From an uncultured Bacteroidales bacterium (lineage in GTDB: Bacteria > Bacteroidota > Bacteroidia > Bacteroidales > UBA7960): a stretch of 64,000 nucleotides of DNA. Below the pieces are notes generated by a model. The model was given only the letters and a program-made list of their open reading frames with translations. It did not search any database and had not been told where the DNA came from. The position numbers were made by a program, and so were the translations under genes. This document shows positions 19,800 through 28,933 of this stretch, piece after piece (positions within the stretch are counted from its first letter, which is position 1; every line of letters starts with the position of its first letter). The stretch spans positions 4,676-68,675 of the forward strand of contig CAZBGI010000005.1 in assembly GCA_964491395.1 (NCBI GenBank), in the 5' to 3' direction.

Positions 19800-20510
19800 T
19801 TAAGCCTGAAGGATTTTTAAAATCTCTCTAACCTGACCCACTTCATAAGTGGGTTTTTCTTTGCTTTCTTTTTGCGGAGGATGTTTTACCCAAATCTGAT
19901 CCATCCCGATAAGGCGTGCCCCCTGGATATCGGCATCAGGATCGTCACCAATGATGATGCTTTCCGCGATTTGGGCACCTGTTTCGCGCAGTGCAAATTC
20001 AAAAATTCCTTTGTGGGGTTTTTTAAAACCAGCTCTTTCCGAAGTAATAATTTTGTCGAAATACTTACTCAAGCCACTGTTTTGCATTTTGACAAATTGT
20101 ACTTCATCAAAACCATTGGTGATGATGTGCATTTGGTAATGGCGATGCAAAATGTCAAGTAGTTCAATTGTTCCCGGGTAAAGCGTGGTTTTGCGGGGAC
20201 TGGCTGTAATGTAATAAGCTCCCATCTCCAGGGCCAAATCGGGATTGTCTATGCCATAAAGCATCAAACTTTCAAAGAACCGGTTGTAATTGAGCACCTC
20301 TTTGGTTATCTGTTGTTGTTTGTATTGCTCCCACAAGGCAAAGTTGATTTTCTGGTACCGGATATAAAATGTCTCAGCGTCTTCAACACCCAATGCTTCC
20401 AGTTGAAATTTTTTATGCATTTCGTTGAAAGTAACTTTGTTATTGGTGTCAAAATCCCAGAGCGTACGGTCCAGATCGAAGAAGAGATGTTTATATTTTG
20501 CAGCGTTCAT
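19800..20510 (-). CDS. HAD-superfamily hydrolase (YjjG-like nucleotidase subfamily)
   Basis: The ORF track extends to 20594. I prefer the start at 20510 (MNAAKYKHLFFDLDRTLWDF, where DxD is HAD motif I). Motif IV: IGDDPDADIQGA. Confidence 0.8.
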   Translation of the reverse strand: MNAAKYKHLFFDLDRTLWDFDTNNKVTFNEMHKKFQLEALGVEDAETFYIRYQKINFALWEQYKQQQITKEVLNYNRFFESLMLYGIDNPDLALEMGAYYITASPRKTTLYPGTIELLDILHRHYQMHIITNGFDEVQFVKMQNSGLSKYFDKIITSERAGFKKPHKGIFEFALRETGAQIAESIIIGDDPDADIQGARLIGMDQIWVKHPPQKESKEKPTYEVGQVREILKILQA

Positions 20511-20627
20511 GAGGTAAATTTCAAAAAGAAGAAAGCCTCTGAAGGAGAGGCTTTCGGGTTGGTTGTGCAAAATTACGTAAAAAATCAGATTCATCAGGAA
20601 GGAAATCTTCTGCCACAGGCTTTTTTT

Positions 20628-21365
20628 TTAGTAACGGCTGATACTTCCTCCTGAACTTGTGCTCATCCCTTTGAATACCGGGTCTCCAAGATATTTTATA
20701 TTTCCTCCTGCATTGGCATTTGCTTCCACTTCAGCAGCATTGACAATAATTGCGGCACCGGCATTAGCCTCTGCCCGGGCTGTGGCAGCTTGCATTGCAG
20801 AGGCATCCACCGTACCTCCTGCATTGGATTCTATCAGCAGTTCATTGGTTTCTCCTTTCAAATTCAGCTCTGAACCGGCATTTTGATATGCAAAGAGAGA
20901 TTCAAAAACTCCCTCAATATCAATGGTGGAGCCTGCACTGGCGGTAAGATGCAGCAGGGGGAGTATTACAGGTTGCGTTGTGAAAAAACCTGCCGATGCT
21001 GATGTTTCCACATGGGTAATAAACTCGTTGCTGAGCTCTATACGCAGGTCCGACCCGGAACGCATAGGCTGAAGCGACTCTATATGCAGTTCATTGTTGA
21101 TTACTTCTGTCCGTATCAGTTCCTGGAGGTTCTCATCAGCAAAAACAATCAGGTCATTGGCATTTTCTTGCGTATAATACACATTGTATTTGCCCCTGAC
21201 TTTTATCTTTTCAAACGATGAGATGTCTCTTTTTACTTCCACAATGTTTCCATCACCGCGAATTACCTCTGCATATAAGTTCGTTCTGAGGAAAAACATT
21301 CCGATAATAATGGCCAATATGATTACTCCCAGTGCAGAAAGGAGTAAAAGATTACTTTTTTTCAT
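20628..21365 (-). CDS. GIN-domain (DUF2807) protein, membrane anchored
   Basis: 245 aa. N-terminal TM, then GDGNIVEVKRDISSFEKIKVRGKYNVYYTQ...ADENLQELIRTEVINNELHIES, which is typical of the head GIN domain. Confidence 0.7.
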   Translation of the reverse strand: MKKSNLLLLSALGVIILAIIIGMFFLRTNLYAEVIRGDGNIVEVKRDISSFEKIKVRGKYNVYYTQENANDLIVFADENLQELIRTEVINNELHIESLQPMRSGSDLRIELSNEFITHVETSASAGFFTTQPVILPLLHLTASAGSTIDIEGVFESLFAYQNAGSELNLKGETNELLIESNAGGTVDASAMQAATARAEANAGAAIIVNAAEVEANANAGGNIKYLGDPVFKGMSTSSGGSISRY

Positions 21366-21420
21366 GGGTATATGTTTTAACGTTTTAAATTAAATGACTT
21401 TACTTCCTTGTAAATCCGCG

Positions 21421-21789
21421 TTAGTGATTCGATGGACTATTTTGTTGGTAGAGTTCTTCCATCTCACTACAGGTAATATCAAGCAATTTCATGGTTTTCA
21501 TTACCACGGGAAGGTCCTTTTCGATGAATTCGGCTCTTTTCAGCTCCATCGCTTTTCTGTAGCCTTCTTCGGCTACAAAGTAACCAATCCCTCTTTTGTT
21601 GAAGATTATTTCCTTTTCCTGCAGATATACAAATGCTCGCATGGCTGTATTAGGATTAACTTCCATTTGCACGGCAACTTCACGCACAGAAGGGATACGT
21701 TCGTTGATTTTCCATTTCTGCAAAAGAATATTTTCACAAAATACATCTGCTATTTGCATGTAAATGGGTTGATTTTCTAAAAATTCCAT
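21421..21789 (-). CDS. GntR-family transcriptional regulator, YtrA subfamily
   Basis: 122 aa. PIYMQIADVF...ERIPSVREVAVQMEVNPNTAMRAFVYLQEKEIIFNKRGIGYFV (winged HTH), with the short C-terminus characteristic of YtrA-type regulators. Confidence 0.88.
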   Translation of the reverse strand: MEFLENQPIYMQIADVFCENILLQKWKINERIPSVREVAVQMEVNPNTAMRAFVYLQEKEIIFNKRGIGYFVAEEGYRKAMELKRAEFIEKDLPVVMKTMKLLDITCSEMEELYQQNSPSNH

Positions 21790-21790
21790 A

Positions 21791-22555
21791 TTATACCTCT
21801 CTTTCTTTAAGTCTGAAATAGCTTACAAGTAAACAAAAGGGCCCCAGTATTCCGAAGAATAAAATTTTCATCAGAAGCGGAAACGTTTCGGTCCCAAATT
21901 GGGTCAAGCCAACATTGAAACCTTGCATGTCAGTTTGGAAACCTTCTTTGCCAATCAACAGGTAGGCAAGAATGACGATGAAAATGTTGATAACAGTTTG
22001 TATTACAAACACACTGAGAATGGTTTTGAGGAAATTGTTTTTGCGGAAATACAACGCACCCAGAAAAAAGATACTATGTACTACCAGATATATTGCCATT
22101 AGTGTCATGTTTTCACTGGTAAAAGGATTGAAAACTTCTATAGGGGTAGAAAGACTCATATAGGCAATGGCACTGGTGAGGAACAGAACAGCCGATAGAA
22201 GGACATTGGCCAGCAGTACAAATATCACGGAGGTTACTATCCAGTGCGAGAAAAGTTTTTCGGCAGCAGTAGCCGGTAGCGTAAGATAAAACTGGCTTTT
22301 TGCGGGTGTGTGGATTTCATTGTAGGCCATCGAAGTAATCATCAAACCTCCTACAAATATAAAAATCTGGCCCAGCGTAACCATCCCGCTGATTCTGTAA
22401 ACACCTGCTGAGAAAATTATTGACAGGGCGGAGACTACAATCAATACCCCTGCAAGGGCTCCGAATCCAATCAGCCAGCTTTTCAGGTTAAACATGGCAT
22501 ATCTCTTAATGAGAAGTGCAAAACGTTCTAATGAAAATTGATTTATTTTTTCCAT
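21791..22555 (-). CDS. Multi-pass membrane protein (putative ABC-2-type permease partner)
   Basis: 254 aa with ~6 predicted TM segments. It lies 11 nt from the ABC ATPase gene and 1 nt from the GntR gene. No family motif recognised. Confidence 0.5.
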   Translation of the reverse strand: MEKINQFSLERFALLIKRYAMFNLKSWLIGFGALAGVLIVVSALSIIFSAGVYRISGMVTLGQIFIFVGGLMITSMAYNEIHTPAKSQFYLTLPATAAEKLFSHWIVTSVIFVLLANVLLSAVLFLTSAIAYMSLSTPIEVFNPFTSENMTLMAIYLVVHSIFFLGALYFRKNNFLKTILSVFVIQTVINIFIVILAYLLIGKEGFQTDMQGFNVGLTQFGTETFPLLMKILFFGILGPFCLLVSYFRLKEREV

Positions 22556-22566
22556 GGTTGTACTTT

Positions 22567-23391
22567 TTAAATTGCCTGGTTAATAACTTGAGGATTTTTG
22601 ATAATGGCATTGAAGAGCAATTCGAGGTCAATGGCCGTATCCTGACCGTTGTTCTGGTAAATGGCAGCCTTGCCTCCCAAAACATCTTCTGCATACAAAA
22701 CCGTATGACTATCTGCTTCTTTCAGCTTTCCAAAGGCAAGTTTCTCTCCAATATCAAATGTGCTTTTGTGGAAAATGATTTTACCGTCATCCAGCACAAT
22801 TACATGGTCAATAATACTGGCCAAATCACGAACCTGGTGGGTAGAGATTACGATGCACTGATCTTCGGTGGAAGCAGCTGCCATGATTCTGCGAAACTGG
22901 CTTTTGGAAGGAATATCCAAACCGTTGGTTGGCTCATCCATCAGTAATACATTGGTTTGCGTGGCCAACCCAAAGGCAATCAGAAACTTCTTCTTCTGAC
23001 CATAAGAGTATTTGGTCAGGTTTTTTCCATTGCTGATTTCAAATTCCTTCAGGTATTTTGCAAACAATTCATGGCTGAATCGGGGATAAAATGGGGCATG
23101 CAACTCAACAAAAGTGCTGATCTTGATAGAGGGAAGTACAAATTCTTCAGGGATAATGTATATATTGGCCATTATCTCAGGTATCCTTTCTTTGACATCC
23201 TTTTCAAATATCAGGCATTCTCCTTCCCGGGGAAATAACATGCCTGAAATGTGCTTGAGCAAAGTTGTTTTGCCTGCACCATTCATGCCGAATAGTCCGT
23301 AGATGCTCCCTGATTGCAAATTCAGATTGAGCTCACGAAACAGGTTTTGGTTCTTTTTGTAACCAAATGTTAAGTTATTAATTTTTATCAT
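22567..23391 (-). CDS. ABC transporter ATP-binding protein
   Basis: 274 aa. Walker A GMNGAGKTT, signature YSYGQKKK, Walker B VLLMDEP. Confidence 0.92.
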   Translation of the reverse strand: MIKINNLTFGYKKNQNLFRELNLNLQSGSIYGLFGMNGAGKTTLLKHISGMLFPREGECLIFEKDVKERIPEIMANIYIIPEEFVLPSIKISTFVELHAPFYPRFSHELFAKYLKEFEISNGKNLTKYSYGQKKKFLIAFGLATQTNVLLMDEPTNGLDIPSKSQFRRIMAAASTEDQCIVISTHQVRDLASIIDHVIVLDDGKIIFHKSTFDIGEKLAFGKLKEADSHTVLYAEDVLGGKAAIYQNNGQDTAIDLELLFNAIIKNPQVINQAI

Positions 23392-23411
23392 GGCTTATTT
23401 GTTTGTTATGT

Positions 23412-23425
23412 TACTACTGTACTAC
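23412..23425 (-). promoter_or_regulatory. Direct repeat GTAGTA-ca-GTAGTA between promoter box and start codon (candidate YtrA-type operator)
   Basis: The plus strand reads TACTACtgTACTAC. The site sits in the 5' leader of an operon that encodes its own GntR/YtrA regulator. The operator role is an inference. Confidence 0.25.
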
Positions 23426-23440
23426 AATTCTAATACACTG

Positions 23441-23448
23441 CAAATCTA
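23441..23448 (-). promoter_or_regulatory. -7 promoter box TAGATTTG for the ABC/permease/GntR operon
   Basis: The plus strand reads caaatcta, which is TAGATTTG on the minus strand. It lies 50 nt upstream of the ABC ATPase start at 23391. Confidence 0.45.
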
Positions 23449-23665
23449 ATATAGTAATTTAAATTGTGCAAGTTTTTTTTGAAAAAAATGCAATTAAAAA
23501 TGTAAAATCTTGTTAAGATGCTTAAAGAGAGTTGTTTACGTTGTCTGGTTTGATGTGTGAAAATGGATGATTGCTGATTTTAATTTCAGGATTGATTTGA
23601 ATTTGGGCTTCCCAACGTATTTTACACTAAATTTTGTTTGCTCTATGTAAAATGGTTTTATTTTT

Positions 23666-26068
23666 GTGCTGCAATCAATCATTGTAAAGTTTTCACTCAA
23701 TATATACTCTCTTTTGCAGTTCAGAGTTATCTATATAGCCTTTTTACTGGTTTTATTATACGTGTTATCCTCGTGCAATCCAGCCCGTCGGATTCCTGAT
23801 GGACGTTATTTGCTGAATAAAAACACCATTGAGATAGAGGAAGCTGAAGTTCAACGTTCAGAATTAACCCGATTTTACAGGCAGCGCCCCAACCGGCGAA
23901 TTTTGGGATTTTACCGTTTTCACCTTAACATGTATCTTCTTGCTGACCGGGGTAAAGAAACCCGGTTTCGCAGGTGGATGAAAAATACCATCGGAGAGGC
24001 TCCGGTAATTTATGATCCTTCCATGGCGCAGAATACAGTGAGGCAGTTTGAGATTTATCTTCACTCCAAAGGATATTTTAATGCCGAAGTGGATTATACT
24101 GAAAAGTTCAAACGCCAGAAAGCGTGGATAACATACCAGGTTAAGGGAAACACTCCGTATACGTTTAATGAAGTAAAATACAGTATTCAGGATCCTTTTT
24201 TAGCCGGTTTTGTTCTGAAAGATACGGTTAACACTTTGATAGAGCATGAAAACAGATACGATGCTGATGTATTGCATGATGAGCGGGATCGAATTACACG
24301 GTACTTGCGCAATAGTGGATTTTATCGTTTTTCACGAGATTTTATTATCTTTCAGGCAGACAGCACTCTGAACCAACACAAGGTAAACCTTGAAATGCGG
24401 GTTTCCAATCCGCAGCGACGGGTGATCGGGCAAAGAGATTCGGTAGTTCAGGAAAGACATAAAAGATACCTTATTGACCAGGTAGTACTGTTGCCGGAGT
24501 TTACAGCTCTTACTGCACATGTTCCCCGCACGGATACTACTATCTATGTGGCGCAGGATCGGCGGGATGGAAAAGAATTTGAGTACAGATTTTATCACAA
24601 TGGGTCCTTACGGATAAAACCTTCTGTGGTAGTAGATCATTTATTATTGCGCCGCGGAGATTATTTCCAGTTATCGCGCGTTGAACAAAGCTATTCTTTT
24701 TTATCAGAAATGCGCAATTACCGCTATATCAATCTGCATTTTGATGAATCTGAACAGCCCCTGCTCGGGGAAGCCAATGATACGTTAGGCTTTTTAAACG
24801 CTACGGTGCAGCTCAACAGGTCAGCAACCCATGCTTTTACCATTGAAGCGGAGGGTCTGAATACGGCAGGTAACCTGGGTGTGGCCACCAATGTTTTGTA
24901 TCAGAACCGAAATATTTTCCGGGGGGCAGAAATATTTAACCTGAGACTCAAGGGAGCCCTGGAGGTAACAGGAGAGTCGGGATCAGATGAAGTATTCCAG
25001 CGTTTGCCCTTTAACACACTGGAGATGGGAGTAGAGATGGGGGTAGACTTTCCAAAATTATTGCTGCCCATGCCCCTGGAGCGGTTGTCGCGAAATTCAA
25101 GACCCAAGAGTTCTGTTGTGGCTGGAATTAATTTCAGACAACGACCTGATTATACCCGGTACATTCTGAACCTCAATTACGGCTTCGAATGGAACGAAAC
25201 CTCTACCAAAAGGCACTTTATACATCCCATTGAAATCAGCTCGGTGAGGGTTTTTAACGATTCTATTCTCCGGGCCAATATCCCTGATGCCAATCCTTTT
25301 ATCCTTAGCAGGTTCCGCGATCATTTTATCCTGGGATTGAAATATACCTACATGTATAATACCCAGCAAATGGGTAAGATCGCTGATTTTATGTACCTGC
25401 GCACCAATTTTGAATCTGCCGGTAATTTGCTCAATCTTGCTGCCGGACAGCTCGATTTTTCCCGCGACAAGGAGGGTAGCTACAATGTGTTTAATATTCC
25501 CTTCTCGCAGTTTGTAAAAGGGGATGCCGATTTCAGGTATTACAGGGTTTATGATGAACGACAGACCCTTGTTTTCCGGGTAATGGGGGGGATAGGGGTC
25601 CCTTACGGCAATGTAAAGGTTCTCCCTTTTATTAAAAGTTATTATGGGGGAGGTGCCAACGGACTGCGTGCCTGGAAAATATATACCCTGGGACCGGGAA
25701 GTTATAAAGGCACCGATGAAATTCGTTTCGACAGGTATGGTGATATAAAGCTTGAAGCCAACATCGAATACAGATTTAAATTTTACGGTTTCTGGCAAGG
25801 AGCGTTCTTTCTGGATGCAGGCAATGTATGGTTTGTCAGGCAGAACAAACAATTTCCGGGAGGAGCTTTTCGAATATCCGAACTGGCCAATGATATAGCC
25901 ATAGGAGGTGGCATGGGAGTACGCCTTGATTTTGACTTTTTCATCCTGCGCATCGATGCCGCTGTTCCTATAAAGGATCCTGCCCGCTCAGGTTCTGAAC
26001 AATGGTTGTCAAACTGGCCGGCATTCAGGGATTTTAATGTAAACCTGGGAATCGGATATCCCTTCTGA
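23666..26068 (+). CDS. Omp85 (BamA/TamA-family) outer-membrane protein
   Basis: 800 aa with a GTG start. Lipoprotein-like signal (LYVLSSC), POTRA-like N-terminal half, and a C-terminal Bac_surface_Ag barrel ending ...NLGIGYPF. Confidence 0.75.
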   Translation: MLQSIIVKFSLNIYSLLQFRVIYIAFLLVLLYVLSSCNPARRIPDGRYLLNKNTIEIEEAEVQRSELTRFYRQRPNRRILGFYRFHLNMYLLADRGKETRFRRWMKNTIGEAPVIYDPSMAQNTVRQFEIYLHSKGYFNAEVDYTEKFKRQKAWITYQVKGNTPYTFNEVKYSIQDPFLAGFVLKDTVNTLIEHENRYDADVLHDERDRITRYLRNSGFYRFSRDFIIFQADSTLNQHKVNLEMRVSNPQRRVIGQRDSVVQERHKRYLIDQVVLLPEFTALTAHVPRTDTTIYVAQDRRDGKEFEYRFYHNGSLRIKPSVVVDHLLLRRGDYFQLSRVEQSYSFLSEMRNYRYINLHFDESEQPLLGEANDTLGFLNATVQLNRSATHAFTIEAEGLNTAGNLGVATNVLYQNRNIFRGAEIFNLRLKGALEVTGESGSDEVFQRLPFNTLEMGVEMGVDFPKLLLPMPLERLSRNSRPKSSVVAGINFRQRPDYTRYILNLNYGFEWNETSTKRHFIHPIEISSVRVFNDSILRANIPDANPFILSRFRDHFILGLKYTYMYNTQQMGKIADFMYLRTNFESAGNLLNLAAGQLDFSRDKEGSYNVFNIPFSQFVKGDADFRYYRVYDERQTLVFRVMGGIGVPYGNVKVLPFIKSYYGGGANGLRAWKIYTLGPGSYKGTDEIRFDRYGDIKLEANIEYRFKFYGFWQGAFFLDAGNVWFVRQNKQFPGGAFRISELANDIAIGGGMGVRLDFDFFILRIDAAVPIKDPARSGSEQWLSNWPAFRDFNVNLGIGYPF

Positions 26069-26155
26069 CCCTCAGATTCAGCAGGACTGTCCTATACATG
26101 TTGCCTGGTCGTGCTGTTGATGTTTAAATCTTTTTCAATCCTTTTATTCTGTATC

Positions 26156-27580
26156 ATGCTAAATCCACAGGAATTTAAAAATATTTTTCTTCAGGAATTT
26201 GATTACGAGCCTACTCCTGACCAGGATGCCCTGGTTGATAAGCTTGCTGAATTTCTTGTTTCTCCCCATCCATCGTCGGTATTTGTATTGAAAGGGTATG
26301 CCGGAACCGGAAAAACCTCCATTGTTTCCAACCTGGTGAAAATACTTCCTGTAATGAAGGCGCAAAGTGTATTGCTGGCACCTACGGGAAGAGCTGCCAA
26401 AGTACTGGCCGGTTATTCAGGTAAACCAGCATTTACCATTCATCGCAAAATATATGCCCTCAAAGAAACAGCTGACGGGGTGCTGAGCTTTTCTGTTATG
26501 CCCAACAAACACCTGGATACTCTTTTTATAGTGGATGAAGCTTCGATGATTTCACAACAAAAAGATTCGGATGATGTTTTTGGTTCAGTAAACCTGCTGG
26601 ACGATCTTATTTCTTACGTGTTTAATGGTGAGAACTGCAAGCTTATACTCATTGGCGATGTGGCTCAGTTGCCTCCTGTAAAAAGCAATGAAAGCCCTGC
26701 GTTGAACATACCTTTCCTTCGAAATTCATTTCACCTGGATATTCACTCTGCCGAATTGCGCCAGGTTGTGAGGCAGGAAGCTGACAGTGGAATACTACAC
26801 AATGCCACTATTATGCGCAACAAGATTGAAACCGGAGATGAGGGTTTTATCCCTTTTGAGCTGAATGGTTTCAGAGACATTCTCAGGCTTCAGGGCCCTG
26901 ATGCAGCTGAGTATATTACAGATGCTTTTTCATCGCGGAATTTTGAAAATACCATCATAGTATGCCGCAGCAACAAAAGGGCTAATCTGTATAATCAGCA
27001 TATCCGTCAGCGGGTTTTGTTTATGGAAGATGAAATAGGGGCAGGGGACTTGTTGATGGTAGTGAAAAACAATTATTTCTGGTTGCCCAAAGATTCCCCG
27101 GCAGGCTTTATTGCCAATGGTGATATTGTTGAAGTGTTAAGGGTTCAGCGGGTGGAGGAATTATATGGGTTTCGGTTTGCGCAAATAACTGCGCGCCTGC
27201 TTGACTACCCCCAGGAAGCCGAAATTGATGTTACCATCATGCTGGATACTTTGCACGTGGAAGGTCCTGCCCTTAGTTATGCTGACGGCAGCAAACTCTG
27301 GAATGAGGTAAGCCGCGACCATGAAGATGAACCCAACCAACGAAAGCGGATCGCCAAAATCAAGAAAAATCCTTACCTCAATGCACTCCAGGTTAAATTT
27401 GCCTACGCTCTTACCTGTCATAAAGCACAGGGAGGACAATGGGAGAATGTATTTGTGGAAATGGGGTATATTCCCGATAAAAATCCTGATACCGAGTATT
27501 ATCGCTGGTTGTATACCGCTCTTACTCGAGCCACCAGTAAGCTTTATTTGATGGGTTTTTCGGATGAGTTTTTTGAGTGA
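26156..27580 (+). CDS. RecD-like superfamily-1 DNA helicase
   Basis: The ORF track starts at a GTG at 26111. I prefer the ATG at 26156. Walker A GYAGTGKTS, LAPTGRAAK, Walker B FIVDEASM, and a UvrD_C_2-like tail (ALTCHKAQGGQW...LYTALTRA). Confidence 0.8.
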   Translation: MLNPQEFKNIFLQEFDYEPTPDQDALVDKLAEFLVSPHPSSVFVLKGYAGTGKTSIVSNLVKILPVMKAQSVLLAPTGRAAKVLAGYSGKPAFTIHRKIYALKETADGVLSFSVMPNKHLDTLFIVDEASMISQQKDSDDVFGSVNLLDDLISYVFNGENCKLILIGDVAQLPPVKSNESPALNIPFLRNSFHLDIHSAELRQVVRQEADSGILHNATIMRNKIETGDEGFIPFELNGFRDILRLQGPDAAEYITDAFSSRNFENTIIVCRSNKRANLYNQHIRQRVLFMEDEIGAGDLLMVVKNNYFWLPKDSPAGFIANGDIVEVLRVQRVEELYGFRFAQITARLLDYPQEAEIDVTIMLDTLHVEGPALSYADGSKLWNEVSRDHEDEPNQRKRIAKIKKNPYLNALQVKFAYALTCHKAQGGQWENVFVEMGYIPDKNPDTEYYRWLYTALTRATSKLYLMGFSDEFFE

Positions 27581-27864
27581 ATATTTTATATCATTTTTAA
27601 TATAAAGCTTGCGAAGGTTGCCAAATAGTCAGTAACCCTTTACTGTCTTGGCCTTTTTTCTTTCCCCGCTACTATTTCAAAGATTACAAAATTCAGCCCG
27701 GTAGCCAACTGCGCGTGTCCAGGTGTGAATGTGTGGGTTTGTTTTAGGTTTATGTGCAAGAAAAACAGGGTTTTATGGTTTTTGAAGGCGTATTCTCACC
27801 CCAAAAATCCTATGGTTTTTAAGTCAAAACTACCCGTTTTTGGCTCATTCCTGCGCGAAATGAA

Positions 27865-27872
27865 TAACTTTG
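27865..27872 (+). promoter_or_regulatory. -7 promoter box TAACTTTG inside a gene-free 520-bp gap
   Basis: Exact consensus match with no credible ORF downstream before the hairpin at 27919-27948. Confidence 0.3.
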
Positions 27873-28045
27873 GCCGGATATTTGCACTATTCTCTATGAA
27901 ATGTTATTTACCGCAAGGGTTGAACTTTCCGGTTCAACAGTTGTTTTTAAAAACATTGAAAAGTTAAAGCATTGTATAAGAGCGAGATATGTAGATGTTA
28001 AAGCAAATTAACTTTTTTGTTGCTCTATTGACTCGCAATTATTTT

Positions 28046-28053
28046 TACATTTG
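28046..28053 (+). promoter_or_regulatory. -7 promoter box TACATTTG
   Basis: Lies 48 nt upstream of the ATG at 28101. Confidence 0.5.
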
Positions 28054-28100
28054 CTGCGCTTAAAATCAATTCAATCAACAATTTACTAAAAACCAAAAAA

Positions 28101-28688
28101 ATGATGATTACCCCAAGCAGAAAACTGAAGAGTGTTTTCACAGCCTTATTGTTTGCTTTTGTTTTCGTACTGGTAGCTCCTGTTAATGTCTATGCAGACA
28201 ATGATAAACCAAAAGAGGAAGAAGAAAACAATTTTCCTTTCGAAAATGAAGTACTGATAAACTTTTTTGATGCCAATCGCAGTTTAAGTGAATTGAACCG
28301 CGAAACCCAGGAGAAAATGGCCGAGACAGTTCAGGAACATGGGCTCACCCTGGAAAGATTTAACCAGATTGCCCGCGCCAACCAGATTGGTGCTTTGCAG
28401 GGAGGATCTTTTACAGACGAAGAGGTAGAGGCGTTTTCAACTGTAGGTCCTGAGATTAGTAAGATTCAAAAAAGTCAGCAGCAAGAAATTCCTGCCAGGC
28501 TTCAGGAGTACGGTTTTACTACCGAGTCGTACCAGGAAGTACTTACGGAATACCGCAAGGACGAAGCTCTGCAGAGTCATGTAAGAGAATTGCTTCGCGA
28601 AAGAAGAAAGCAGGAGATCCTGGAAGAAAGAAGACGTGAGGCTGAAGAGAAAGCAAACCAAGAAGCTTCAGAAGAAACAAATAACTAA
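28101..28688 (+). CDS. Secreted helical-repeat protein, DUF4168-like
   Basis: 195 aa with a signal peptide (ALLFAFVFVLVAPVNVYA). Repeated ...HGLTLERFNQI.../...YGFTTESYQEV... segments and a charged C-terminus. Family recall is tentative. Confidence 0.45.
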   Translation: MMITPSRKLKSVFTALLFAFVFVLVAPVNVYADNDKPKEEEENNFPFENEVLINFFDANRSLSELNRETQEKMAETVQEHGLTLERFNQIARANQIGALQGGSFTDEEVEAFSTVGPEISKIQKSQQQEIPARLQEYGFTTESYQEVLTEYRKDEALQSHVRELLRERRKQEILEERRREAEEKANQEASEETNN

Positions 28689-28710
28689 AATCTTAGTACT
28701 ATAAGAATTA

Positions 28711-28747
28711 AACCGTCTCAGAAGAAATTTTGAGGCGGTTTTTTTTA
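28711..28747 (+). terminator. Rho-independent terminator
   Basis: A 10-bp stem pairs aaccgtctca with tgaggcggtt (one G-U pair) around a 10-nt loop, followed by T7. It lies 23 nt after the stop at 28688. Confidence 0.75.
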
Positions 28748-28933
28748 TTTCACACCCATCCTTCCCTTCAGGTATCCCGAAAGTGAGGGAGTGCATTGCG
28801 CAAGTTGGGGGGGATAAGCAACTGTAAACAGCTTTTCTAAGCGATTACTAGTAAAGCGCTCTGAACTTCATGCCAAGCACTGCCTGAACTTTTCTCCCTG
28901 CTCTCAGGAAGGAGAGTCGGAAATGCTGTTTCC

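Noticed and set aside
25097-25852. 251-aa minus-strand ORF
   Set aside because: It is antisense inside the Omp85 gene. The composition looks like reverse-frame translation, and there is no promoter box and no motif.
26156-27580. RecD-like helicase as a stand-alone defence gene
   Set aside because: It has no nuclease, methylase, toxin or other defence-type partner. It is flanked by core envelope genes and has no compositional break. It is more likely a housekeeping SF1 helicase.
27725-27967. 80-aa ORF in the 520-bp gap
   Set aside because: It has no family resemblance and its composition is Cys/Phe/Lys-rich and odd. A promoter box lies inside it. Only its last 23 codons are retained, as a speculative micro-ORF in the findings.
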